Shown: positions 1 to 9,700 of the stretch, piece after piece
Numbering within the stretch: the first letter of the stretch is position 1
Layout of the letters: each line of letters opens with the position of its first letter
Source: a virus
DNA: 64,000 bases
Strand: one strand, 5' to 3'
IMG/VR virus record: IMGVR_UViG_3300025133_000040
Coordinates: 1 to 64,000 of that record
Position numbers and translations under genes: made by a program
The notes under the pieces: model-generated
Seen by the model: the letters and a program-made list of their open reading frames with translations, nothing else
Database searches by the model: none
What the model was told of the DNA's origin: nothing

Positions 1-125
1 ACGCCCTACGACTAGGTGCTGCTATAGATGATACTGTAGATGAAATAGTATTGTGTTGGAGACCTGTCGGTGGAACGGCTGGTCACGATGTTGAAGCCAG
101 TATGACTTGGAGAGAAATGCAATAA
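1..125 (+). CDS. 3' end of a truncated upstream virion-module protein (...ALRLGAAIDDTVDEIVLCWRPVGGTAGHDVEASMTWREMQ*)
   Basis: Frame 3 is open from the window edge to TAA 123-125, which overlaps the next ATG (TAATG). Confidence 0.6.
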   Translation, partial: ALRLGAAIDDTVDEIVLCWRPVGGTAGHDVEASMTWREMQ

Positions 126-655
126 TGGCGGGTTTCGACGATATAGCTTGGTCAACTTTAAAGACCTTACACAACGACGCAATAGATAGTGTTATCACCA
201 ACCTTGCAGTTACCAGTCAGATAATTTACCCTCCGAGGTTTACTGATTGCTCAAACTGCTTGTATGATGCTGTGGGCAATAAGTCTGCCAATCGCTATGC
301 GAGCGGCGGGCCTATGGCTTTTAGAAATGGGCAGACCTGTCCTATGTGTAATGGTGCTGGAAAGTTGGCTACGGAGTCTACAGAGGACGTTAGCTTGGTG
401 GTTCTATGGGACCAGACAAGCTGGCTGCCTATCGAGGGTGGCTCTGGCATCAGGGTTCGTAACGGCTCTGTGCAGACCATGAGCCTTAAGGCTACCTATG
501 CTAAGATTAAGAGGGCTAAGGAGCTTATCATCGACACTAGTCTTAACAACCTAAATGTTGGTCGTTATGTAAGGGACGGTGAGCCATGGTGGTGCGGATT
601 CGGTGAGAGTCGGTATTGTGTGGCAATGTGGAGGGAAGCTGGTAGTGGTAGCTAA
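125..655 (+). CDS. Putative head-closure/head-tail connector protein with CxxC...CxxC zinc motif
   Basis: ATG at 125 is coupled to the upstream stop; CSNC and CPMC motifs; beta-rich C-terminus; lies upstream of neck and tail tube genes. Confidence 0.55.
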   Translation: MAGFDDIAWSTLKTLHNDAIDSVITNLAVTSQIIYPPRFTDCSNCLYDAVGNKSANRYASGGPMAFRNGQTCPMCNGAGKLATESTEDVSLVVLWDQTSWLPIEGGSGIRVRNGSVQTMSLKATYAKIKRAKELIIDTSLNNLNVGRYVRDGEPWWCGFGESRYCVAMWREAGSGS

Positions 656-1298
656 GCTAAGAGTACACGTTCCAGGGGGCTCTCGTAAGATAGCTGCCGA
701 CATTGCTAAGGTTGTCCTAAAGGATGTGCAGAACTCTCTGGCGGTCTCTAAGGCCCCTATCACTATTGGTGTTAGAAAGATAATCGCTAAGAGATTGCTT
801 AATAGCTCTGTTGTCAGGGAGTTGGAGAGGGGCGGTCAGTTGTATGGGGAGCTTGGTGTTCCAGATGCTCACGCTCGTGTAACTAACATAATAAGAGTAT
901 GGCTTAGAGGGATTGAGGTTAAGTTCACCCCTCTGAAACTTGCAGGAACCCGCATATCAGGGGGTCTGAAGATAACGGCGGTTGACGCCTCGTTTAAGGA
1001 TGTGTTGTCTCAGGGCGATGCTACCTTTGTGACTGCCAAATCAACTAGCCTACCTTGGCTAGAGTGGTTGCTTATGGAGGGGTCAAATTCAATTATTAAA
1101 GATTACACCGTAGGCGTGCATCCTACTAGAAGTCGTACGGGTCGATTGGTTATGGTTAAGACAAGCGCTAGTTCTTGGAGTGTCCCACCTGAGTTTAGCG
1201 GAACTATGAATAACAACTTTGTTACTAGAGCAATGGATGGCGCAGAGGAAGAAATTGATAAACTCCTGTCAAGAGAAATAAATAAGAGACTCAAATAA
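645..1298 (+). CDS. Putative neck/tail-completion protein (HK97 gp10-like position)
   Basis: GTG at 645 follows a GGAGG-like RBS; basic protein with WLEWLL...G and C-terminal NFVTRA motifs; synteny. Confidence 0.5.
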   Translation: MVAKLRVHVPGGSRKIAADIAKVVLKDVQNSLAVSKAPITIGVRKIIAKRLLNSSVVRELERGGQLYGELGVPDAHARVTNIIRVWLRGIEVKFTPLKLAGTRISGGLKITAVDASFKDVLSQGDATFVTAKSTSLPWLEWLLMEGSNSIIKDYTVGVHPTRSRTGRLVMVKTSASSWSVPPEFSGTMNNNFVTRAMDGAEEEIDKLLSREINKRLK

Positions 1299-2257
1299 TG
1301 GCCGTTGAAAGTTATACTAGATTTAAACTTGTCAGTCCCCACTACGGCGACGACCAGTACATGACTCAGTTGGAGAACAATGTCCAACAGTGGCTTCAGT
1401 GGGGGCTCCTAGGAATCGGAGGGTGGCGAGACGTAAGTATCCCTACCTCTGGGGCTTACGGAGGAGACTTTAGCAGACTAAGACCAGTTACGGACAGCAA
1501 CTACACAGACGGTCAAATCTGGGAGGGTGCTAGGAAAGACTGGGTCTGGGAAACCGGGGTAAACTATGTGGACACCACGGGGGGAACCGGCAATCCTACG
1601 CCCGTTGGCGTGCCAGATATTGATGGCAGCCCCGCAGCAGGAAGCTATCACGTAGACTATCGTAATGGTAGGGTGATTTTCGATACGGCTATCTCAACCT
1701 CATCAACGGTTCAGGTGGCCCACTCCTTTCGTAGTACTCAGGTTTACAGGGCAGATACCGCCCCCTGGTATCAGGAAGCTCAGCTTCGCTCTAACAGGCC
1801 AGACTCTTCGCAGTTCCTCCAAGAGGCAAGCGGGACGTGGTCTGTGAACGCTAGGCACAGAATACAGTTGCCATGTATTGTGGTGGGGGCAGTTCCCTCA
1901 GCACATACCACGCCCTTTCAGTTGGGTAATGGTAAGCTGTGGATACACCAAGATATGATGTTTCACGTCTTTGCTGAGACTAGAAGTGACCGTAACAAGC
2001 TATGTAGTATTTTAATGGCTCAAACAGATATGAATATCTGGCTATTTGATACTAACGCTGTGGCAGCAGACGAGGCATACCCATTAGATTACCGTGGCGA
2101 ACTCACAGGAAGCATACAATACCCTGATTTAGTCAGTGAAACAGGCTATCAGTGGCGTCGTTGTCGCTTTGAAAGAGGGAACGCAGAGGAGCTTGAAGTC
2201 ATACATCCAAACCTCTATGAGGGGCGAATACGACTACTAGCTGAGTTTGACCATTAA
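1298..2257 (+). CDS. Putative tail terminator/tail completion protein
   Basis: 319 aa; QLPCIVV and MFHVFAE...R motifs resemble tail terminators; immediately upstream of the tail tube gene. Confidence 0.5.
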   Translation: MAVESYTRFKLVSPHYGDDQYMTQLENNVQQWLQWGLLGIGGWRDVSIPTSGAYGGDFSRLRPVTDSNYTDGQIWEGARKDWVWETGVNYVDTTGGTGNPTPVGVPDIDGSPAAGSYHVDYRNGRVIFDTAISTSSTVQVAHSFRSTQVYRADTAPWYQEAQLRSNRPDSSQFLQEASGTWSVNARHRIQLPCIVVGAVPSAHTTPFQLGNGKLWIHQDMMFHVFAETRSDRNKLCSILMAQTDMNIWLFDTNAVAADEAYPLDYRGELTGSIQYPDLVSETGYQWRRCRFERGNAEELEVIHPNLYEGRIRLLAEFDH

Positions 2258-2258
2258 C

Positions 2259-2268
2259 GGTGTATTAT
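2259..2268 (+). promoter_or_regulatory. Putative phage late promoter (GGTGTATTAT)
   Basis: Variant of the recurring GGTGTATAAT motif, intergenic, 45 nt before the tail tube ATG. Confidence 0.55.
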
Positions 2269-2312
2269 CACAGTACACCAGCATTTGTTTGATTATTTCG
2301 GAGAGCTATTAA

Positions 2313-3515
2313 ATGGCTAATAAAAGAATTTACTACGCTGTTCACGCAGTAGCTATTAAGGGAGACGGTGGTAACTACGATTTCGGTGTTACCAACGACT
2401 ACGAAGTAGCTCATGGCGTTCAGTCCGTAGGTGTTTCAACTAACTTTAACTTAGAGCAAGTCTTTCAGTTGGGTCAGTTAGAAATCTATGAAAACGTAGA
2501 GAATATTCCCGATGTGGAAATTACTCTGAACAAGGTTCTTGACGGTTATCCTTTGTTGTACCACATGGCTACACAAGATACTACCGCTGGACCATCTCTA
2601 GCCAACCGCTCAACTGCCGAGTGCATCTTCGGTATGGCTATTTACCAAGACACTGAGAACTCTGCCATCGCAGGTGCCAATAGCGCACCTAGCATCTTGG
2701 CTTGTTCCGGTATGTTTGTAGGCTCTGTGTCTTACAGCTTCCCTCTAGAAGATAACTTCAATGAAGATATTACTCTAGTTGGAAACCACAAGATTTGGAA
2801 GAACCAGCCGTCTCACGGTGCTGACATGGCCACGCTTCCACCAGTCACGTTTGATACAACGGACACTGGCCTTGACACAAACGATGACTCTCCTGTTGGT
2901 ACGGGTGGTATTAATCGTCGTCAAGACATCTTGTTCTCTTTCGTTGCTGCCTCTGGCACCGACGTTAACGGAGCCGTTAGCGACCCAGACTCCACCATTC
3001 TTCCTTACGACGTTGACGGTATTACCGACAGCGGTACTAACGAAGAAGACGTTAATGGAGACTACGGCGCTCACCTGTCGTCCATCTCAATCTCTGTTGA
3101 CCTTGGTCGTACAGAAATCAATGAGCTTGGTCGTCGCCTACCTTACACTCGTGTTGTTGACTTCCCAACAGAAGTTACCTGCGAGATTGAAACCACAACA
3201 AGTTCTGGTGACCTTGTTTCTGCCACAGAAGACGGCGTTTACGGTACTGGTACTGGCGCGTGTGTTGAAGGTGAAAACTTAATCAACCGCACAATCCGTA
3301 TCGCTACTTGTGAAGGTACTCGTATCTATCTAGGTACTAAGAACCGTCTGTCTGCTGTGAACTATTCTGGTGGCGATGCTGCTGGTGGCAATGTTAGTGT
3401 TTCTTATACTTACTCTACGTTCAACGACTTCGTGGTCTTGCACAGTGGTGAGCAGAACATTAACTCAACTGCCTCAACATGGTGGACCCAGCGTGGTGCT
3501 CACTTGGTTGGATAA
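2313..3515 (+). CDS. Major tail tube protein
   Basis: 400 aa, acidic, beta-rich; GVQSVG...FQLGQ and SISVDLGR.E..ELG tube-like motifs; own promoter, GGAG RBS and terminator; codon usage suggests high expression. Confidence 0.75.
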   Translation: MANKRIYYAVHAVAIKGDGGNYDFGVTNDYEVAHGVQSVGVSTNFNLEQVFQLGQLEIYENVENIPDVEITLNKVLDGYPLLYHMATQDTTAGPSLANRSTAECIFGMAIYQDTENSAIAGANSAPSILACSGMFVGSVSYSFPLEDNFNEDITLVGNHKIWKNQPSHGADMATLPPVTFDTTDTGLDTNDDSPVGTGGINRRQDILFSFVAASGTDVNGAVSDPDSTILPYDVDGITDSGTNEEDVNGDYGAHLSSISISVDLGRTEINELGRRLPYTRVVDFPTEVTCEIETTTSSGDLVSATEDGVYGTGTGACVEGENLINRTIRIATCEGTRIYLGTKNRLSAVNYSGGDAAGGNVSVSYTYSTFNDFVVLHSGEQNINSTASTWWTQRGAHLVG

Positions 3516-3522
3516 TTTAGAT

Positions 3523-3559
3523 AGGCTAGGGTCGTAAGAGGCCCTAGCTTATTTTTTTT
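3523..3559 (+). terminator. Rho-independent terminator after the tail tube gene
   Basis: AGGCTAGGGTC-gtaaga-GGCCCTAGCTT hairpin followed by a T-tract. Confidence 0.8.
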
Positions 3560-3586
3560 ATTATTAAGAAGGATTGTTGGCAAATT

Positions 3587-3704
3587 GCCTGGATAAGAGC
3601 CTTGAGGATGGGGTTCGGATTACAACTAGTTTCTTATCTAGGTCAACAGTGTATGCGATAGGCTCCTTGGCGGGTAGTCGAGTGACATTGATTGACCTTT
3701 TTTT
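3587..3704 (+). ncRNA. Candidate structured intergenic RNA (two long hairpins ending in a U-tract)
   Basis: 3587-3599 pairs with 3631-3643 (13 bp incl. G-U); 3641-3652 pairs with 3685-3697; T7 at 3698-3704. Confidence 0.4.
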
Positions 3705-3725
3705 ATTGGTTGAAGGAGACACACT

Positions 3726-4148
3726 GTGTGTGATTTTAGAAATCCACCAACAGGAATGGTGGAAGACGGTGAGAATATTCCCGTCACATTTAGAGGATAC
3801 GTTGATTATAGTTATCAACATTCTAAAGACTGGTACGACGATAATAACGTGCCACAATCCCCATATATGAGCGCCCACCCCTGGATGGGTGGAGACACCA
3901 AATTTGAAGAAGGTGCCTACTATGTTTGCGCTACGGGTAGTAGCTATCAATACTACGACGGTGAGCACTGGGAGCCCAGAGAGCTTCTATTTGAAGAAGG
4001 GGACGACTGGAGCTGTGGGCATCCTTTCGCTACTAGAACGGGCGTGGTGCCAGTAGGTGGTTGGAGTGGAGACGCCCCTCCATACTCAAGAATTAACATA
4101 TCAGCAGAACTAGGCAGGGATTTCTTTGAACTGCCCCAAGGAACTTAA
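3726..4148 (+). CDS. Hypothetical acidic, aromatic-rich protein
   Basis: GTG start after AAGGAG RBS; 140 aa. Confidence 0.6.
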   Translation: MCDFRNPPTGMVEDGENIPVTFRGYVDYSYQHSKDWYDDNNVPQSPYMSAHPWMGGDTKFEEGAYYVCATGSSYQYYDGEHWEPRELLFEEGDDWSCGHPFATRTGVVPVGGWSGDAPPYSRINISAELGRDFFELPQGT

Positions 4149-4150
4149 AG

Positions 4151-4366
4151 ATGGAACCAGAACAACTATATATTATTATTGGTCAACTATACGTAGACAC
4201 GGCGAGATTGCAAGCTGGTATAGAAAGCCTTAACGGGGTCATTAAGATGAAAGACACCGAAATCAATCAACTACAACAACAACTGATAGCGGCTACAAAT
4301 GGACAAACAGGACAAGCACAGGTTGATGTACCGGCTGTTGGCGGGGTACTGCCGCATAAGGCTTAA
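4151..4366 (+). CDS. Small coiled-coil hypothetical protein
   Basis: 71-aa ORF with heptad pattern, in operon. Confidence 0.55.
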   Translation: MEPEQLYIIIGQLYVDTARLQAGIESLNGVIKMKDTEINQLQQQLIAATNGQTGQAQVDVPAVGGVLPHKA

Positions 4367-5390
4367 CGACAAGACCTACTACATCAAATCCCCTACATCG
4401 GGAATGTTGTACGAGGCCGCTGAGGTGTACCGAGAGGTATACAACGAGAACGTCTATAAGGACTGGATGCGCGTTGCCGACGCCAGGAGACAGGCGATTA
4501 AGCAGGGCGTATGGCCTGAGGACGGAGACAAGAAGATTAAGGATTGTGACGACACCATAGAGAACAAGAAAATTGAACTCTACGAAACATTCTTGACAGA
4601 CCCAGAAAAGCACAAAGAAACTAAGGCAATCCTGTCTAATGTTAAGAAGTATCAGTCTAAGCTGTTGTCTCAGAAACACGCTTTCGACCATATGACACTT
4701 GAAGGATATGCTGAACACTGTAGTCAATGCCATCTGTTCTCTCAGATTATATGTGGCAGCGATAAGGAAAGGCTGTGGGCCTCTTACGAGACAACCAACA
4801 CCGGCCTACTACATCGCATAATGACAGAGTATCGTGCCAGGGCTATTGACCCCACCACGTTAAGGGAAATATCCCGCACAGAACCTTGGCGTAGCTATTG
4901 GTCTGCTGAGAAGGAAGGGGCCTTTGCTGACGGGATAGAGAACGACGACCAGCGCACCCTAGTCTTATACAGTAGAATGTACGACAGTGTGTATGGTCAT
5001 CCAGAGTGTCCGTCTGACGACGTTGTTTCAAATAACGACATGTTGGACGGGTGGCTGGCGCTCAACAAAAGGAAAGCAGAGAAAGACAGAAAGACCAAGG
5101 AAGTAGAGAACATACTTCCTAGTCATATTAAGGACGGCGCTCGCGAGGTTTTCATACCTGTGTCTCAGTTCAACAATAAGGGTGAAAGGATAAGCAAGGA
5201 GGAGCAAAACAAAAGGGCGGCTAAGATTTATAACCTGAACGATACTTCAGGAAGAGTTGCCATCAACAAGAGGGAAGCCTTTATTAAGAAACAAGGTGAG
5301 AATATAGTTGGCGCTGATATGCTCCCAGACACTAAGATTGAGCTAACCCACCAAGCTAAAGAGCAGTTTATGCAAAGAGTGAAAGGATAA
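4299..5390 (+). CDS. Putative tail assembly chaperone (long, GT-like paralog)
   Basis: Between tube and tape measure genes; N-terminal half aligns by eye with 5759..6658. Confidence 0.55.
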   Translation: MDKQDKHRLMYRLLAGYCRIRLNDKTYYIKSPTSGMLYEAAEVYREVYNENVYKDWMRVADARRQAIKQGVWPEDGDKKIKDCDDTIENKKIELYETFLTDPEKHKETKAILSNVKKYQSKLLSQKHAFDHMTLEGYAEHCSQCHLFSQIICGSDKERLWASYETTNTGLLHRIMTEYRARAIDPTTLREISRTEPWRSYWSAEKEGAFADGIENDDQRTLVLYSRMYDSVYGHPECPSDDVVSNNDMLDGWLALNKRKAEKDRKTKEVENILPSHIKDGAREVFIPVSQFNNKGERISKEEQNKRAAKIYNLNDTSGRVAINKREAFIKKQGENIVGADMLPDTKIELTHQAKEQFMQRVKG

Positions 5391-5394
5391 TAAA

Positions 5395-5766
5395 ATGGAC
5401 AACAGACATGAAATAAGGGCCATTAAGAACAGAGCTAGAGAGCTAAACAAAGAGCGCTCTCAAGCCAATTCTAAGAAGCAATTAATGAGCAATATAAAGA
5501 CCAAGTTCAAGACCACCATGATTGGTGCCTTGGATGCTTTCGAGAAGGGCTTCGGCCATCTTTGGGGTCATGGTCTTCGTGCCTCAGAACTCACAGAAGC
5601 AGAATTAGAGTTTCGTGAGAACTGGGAGGAAGCTAGAAGAGATGTGTTAGATAAAGGAAACCTTCAGTCTAGAGCAGCTATGGATGAAATAGCTCAACAC
5701 ACACTAGACTGGAATCGTCATCAATTGGAACTTGTAGTAAAGAATTCGGAGCCTACAAATGAGTAA
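5395..5766 (+). CDS. Hypothetical helical protein in the tail chaperone region
   Basis: 123 aa, AAGGA RBS, in operon. Confidence 0.6.
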   Translation: MDNRHEIRAIKNRARELNKERSQANSKKQLMSNIKTKFKTTMIGALDAFEKGFGHLWGHGLRASELTEAELEFRENWEEARRDVLDKGNLQSRAAMDEIAQHTLDWNRHQLELVVKNSEPTNE

Positions 5767-6658
5767 CAAAACCAAAAAGTCACAATTTACCGTCACAATC
5801 ACAGGTGAGGACGGACAAGAAAAAGAACTTAGCCTAGCCATTGCCAGTCCTACGTGGGACGAGCAGCAGGATGCTCAGGATAAGTACAACCTAACATTTA
5901 AGAGGGCCTGCGACAACGAAGCGTTGTTGAGACCGCGATTGGATGACTTCTTGAAGGACCAGAAGGTCTGGACGCCTGAAAAAGAGGCCGAGCTAACCAG
6001 CTTGCAGAAGCAATTTCAAGATTTGCTGTATAAGATGTCTAAGGGTGGTTCACTAGACGATTTGGTGCCCCTTACAAGGGAAATTAAGGAGACTCGTAAC
6101 AAGATTAACGAGATAGCCAACGTCAGAGACCAGTATTCAGGTAATACGGCTGAGGGTCAGGCTGAAAACATGCGATTTGCCTGCCTCCTAGCGGCCTCTG
6201 TGGTGTATAATGACACAGGGAAGCGATATTGGCCTACTGTAGATGACTACTTGGCCGAATCTAGCAATGAAGTGGCTGGTGCGGCAGCAGAAAAGTATGC
6301 TGCAATACTTGTCGGCCTTACCGACGAGAACCCAACGGCAGAGTTGCCTGAGAATAAGTTGCTCATTAAGCTAAAGCTGATGAACAAAGATTGTCGCTAC
6401 CTAACTAAGGACACCAAAAAGCCCTATGCTCCTATCAAGGTTGATGGCGAGTGGGTTGACATCCTTCTTGACAAAGAGGGTCGCTTTATCAACGAGGACG
6501 ATGAGCTGATTGACGCTTATGGTCGTTTAGTTGACGAAGATGGTGAGTTTGTCGAGGCTGGTCAGTGGGTTACGGACGAACCCAAGAAGGCCAAAAAGAC
6601 AAAGGCGAAGGTTGAAAAAGAGGCAAAGGCCGAGGCGAAGGACTGGGTCGAAGCCTAG
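5759..6658 (+). CDS. Putative tail assembly chaperone (G-like paralog)
   Basis: Directly upstream of the tape measure gene; helical; C-terminal D..G repeats; paralog of 4299..5390. Confidence 0.55.
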   Translation: MSNKTKKSQFTVTITGEDGQEKELSLAIASPTWDEQQDAQDKYNLTFKRACDNEALLRPRLDDFLKDQKVWTPEKEAELTSLQKQFQDLLYKMSKGGSLDDLVPLTREIKETRNKINEIANVRDQYSGNTAEGQAENMRFACLLAASVVYNDTGKRYWPTVDDYLAESSNEVAGAAAEKYAAILVGLTDENPTAELPENKLLIKLKLMNKDCRYLTKDTKKPYAPIKVDGEWVDILLDKEGRFINEDDELIDAYGRLVDEDGEFVEAGQWVTDEPKKAKKTKAKVEKEAKAEAKDWVEA

Positions 6659-6673
6659 AAATAGAAGTGGATA

Positions 6674-6746
6674 GTGGTTATACCGGCAGATGTTAGGGTG
6701 GAGGGTTTCGAGACCCAGCCTGTCTTCCGGTATAGCCATTTTTTTT
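6674..6746 (+). terminator. Long hairpin plus U-tract immediately before the tape measure gene
   Basis: GTGGTTATACCGG (6674-6686) pairs with CCGGTATAGCCAT (6727-6739); inner GGGTTTCGAGACCC hairpin; T8 follows. Confidence 0.6.
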
Positions 6747-6759
6747 ATAGGTAGGCTAA

Positions 6760-9700
6760 ATGGCTAAAACAGTAATTAATGCAGAGGTGCGAGTCAGTGG
6801 TCCTAAGGGACTAGCAGGTGTCGCACGACAAATTCAGCGTGGCTTAACTGGCATCTCGGCTAATGTCGGCGTCAAAATTAATCAGGCTGCTGCTAAAAAT
6901 GTAGCCGCCCTTGATAGCAACCTAAAGATTCTTAACGCAACCCTTAAAACCACTTCTGTTATGGGGTCTTCTGCCGCTGTTGGCATTAGTCAGGTTGGCG
7001 CTGCTGCTCGTAAGAGCGCTACCGCTATAGGCTCCGTTGGAAAGGCTGCCAATACGGCTTCTGCTGGAGTAGGCAAGGCTGCAAAGAACACCGAGAAGCT
7101 TAGCAATGAGATGGCTGAGTTCGGGCGTGTGTCTGGTTTGGCCATCCGTCGTTTTGCTGGCTTCTCTATTGCCACAGGCGTTATCTTTGGTCTTATTCGC
7201 GCAGTTAGCAATGCTACCAGCGAGGCCATTACATTTGAGCGCGAGATGATTCGTGTCGCTCAGGTTACCGGCGGTACGGTTGCCAGTTTGAGAGACCTTC
7301 AGAAAGAAGTTACGAGCCTCGCCACCGGCCTGGGTGTGTCCTCTACAGACCTTTTAAAGGTGTCTCGTATCCTGGCCCAGACAGGTCTAACCGCTAAAGA
7401 AACTGCTCAGGCTCTAGAAGCACTAGCGAAGTCTGAGCTTGCTCCTACATTTACAAACATTGAACAGACCGCCGAAGGTGCCATCGCCATTATGCGTCAG
7501 TTTGGTATCGAGGCCAGTGGCCTAGAAAAGGCTCTTGGTTCTGTTAATGCCGTTGCTGGTAAGTTCGCCGTTGAATCCGACGACATCATTCAAGCCGTGC
7601 GCCGTGCTGGTGGTGTGTTCGCCGCTGCCTCCCACGGAGTTAGTGAAGGCACAGACGCTCTTAACGAGTTCATTGCTGTGTTTACCTCTGTTCGTGCTAC
7701 GACTCGTGAATCTGCTGAGTCTATCGCTACTGGTTTGCGTACCATCTTTACTCGATTGCAAAGAAATACGACTATTGAGTCCTTAGAGGAGCTTGGTATT
7801 CGCATGAGGGACTTGGAGGGTAAGTTTGTTGGTCCCTACAAGGCTATCAACAATATCGCAATTGCTCTTGAAAAAATCGACCCACGAGACCGCAGGTTCG
7901 CAGCTATCGCTGAGGAACTTGGCGGCTTCCGTCAAATCTCCAAGGTCATCCCGTTGGTGCAGCAACTTGAAACTCGCCTGGGCGCTCTAGGTGTGGCGCA
8001 AGAAGGTCAAAGTTCACTAAGTAGGGACGCTGAGAAAGCTCAGGAGTCCTTAGCTGTTCAATTCCAAAAGACTCGTGAAAACTTCTCTGCTCTTATTCGT
8101 GAAGTTACTGCAAGCGATACGTTTAAGGCGTTCGCTAAGACCGCACTAGCACTTGCTGATGGTTTTATTGCTCTTGCGAGAACTGTTAAGCCTCTTATTC
8201 CAATCCTAACGGCTTTCGCCGCTATCAAGCTAGGCTCATCAGTAGCTCAATTCCTTGGTGGTTTTGGCACAGGTGCCAGAGGTGGTGGAGCTGGTGGTTT
8301 CGGAGTTGGCGCTGCCAACCTGCTTAGCGGTGCTAGATTTAATACTGGTGGCCTAGTTCCTGGTCGTGGTCCGAATAGGGATACTGTACCTGCTTCGTTG
8401 ACGAAGGGTGAATTTGTTATCCAGCGTCCTGCTGTTGACAACCTTGGCGTTCCTTTCTTGGAAAGGCTGAACAGAAACAAGGGTGGTTCTGTTCCTGGGT
8501 TTAATGATGGAGATTTCTTTGACGACGAAGGTAAAGCAAGTATACCTCCTGGTCAATTCCCACAGGCTTCTGGTATAGGGAGAGTAGATGTTAGCAATAA
8601 GAAGCTTGAGAACGCGGTAGACGTGGGGGGTCTTTTCTTGAGGCCCTTCGGAGTAGACAAGGTTGTTTCTGGAAGTATTCCCATTAACTCTTTCGCTCCT
8701 CAAAGCACGATAACAAAAGGCCCCAACAAGGGAAAATCTACAGGTTTGAGTTTTTCCCCTGGAAACAAAACAGAGCGAATAGCGGTTAAAAATAAATATG
8801 GACTAGCACAAAATGCAACTAAGATACCTTTTAATATCCACATTGGCTCCCTACCACAGTCATCGGCAGATGATTTTGAAGGAAATCTAGAAGGAATAAC
8901 TGCGAATTTTATTAAGGAGCAAGCCAAGTCCGTGTTCGGAGGCAAAGGACTCCCTAAGACCTCAGAAATTCGTAAAAACTTAGAAAAATTTAATTTCCCT
9001 CAAATTTCCGGCAACTTGTTTGAAGCTATGATTTCTTCGTCTAGTGGTAAGTTTGACGACAAGACTACCAGTAATGCCAATCTAGATTTTGATAGTATCA
9101 CATCAAGGGTTGCTACTGCATTTAACAACCCTGCTTTGGCGGGACTGCCGGGAGATGCTAAAAGAACCCTCGGGACGGAGGCTGTTGCGTCTTTAATTAA
9201 GAAGACAAAGAATTATATTTCTCAAACCGTCAAACCAGAAAAAAAGGGTCTCAACGAAGGCGGTCCTGGCGAAGTTAACGCTATGCTTACCAAGGGTGAG
9301 TTCGTTCTACAGAAAAAAGCCGTTGACCGAATCGGTGTTGCTAACGCTAGAAAACTAAACGACTCAACAGATACTCCGAAGTTTCATACCGGCGGTCTTG
9401 TTGGTCTTAACAAGGGTGGTGGTCTTCCTGGGTACAACAATGCAGGTCCAGTAAATAAACTAGGCGAGGAAGAAACCTATACAGACCTCTTTGAGCTAGG
9501 CGAAAAAGCGATATTAAAAGGAGGTAAGGCAGTAGAGTCTGGCTTTACGTCTCTTTTTGGTCTTCTTGTTGGTAAGGTTGAGGGCGCGAAGAAGTCTATT
9601 GCCGATAAAAAGGTTGCGAAAGCCGAGGCCGCCGATAAGCTCGCTGACAAAAGAGGGAGGGCTGGCTTAAAAAGCTTCATAGCCAATCGACCAGGAGGTA

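Noticed and set aside
3560-3725. tRNA or known riboswitch in the intergenic gaps
   Set aside because: No cloverleaf, T-loop/CCA arrangement or recognisable aptamer consensus
2313-6658. Contractile tail sheath gene or a programmed frameshift site
   Set aside because: No sheath-like ORF, and no convincing slippery heptamer joining the chaperone ORFs
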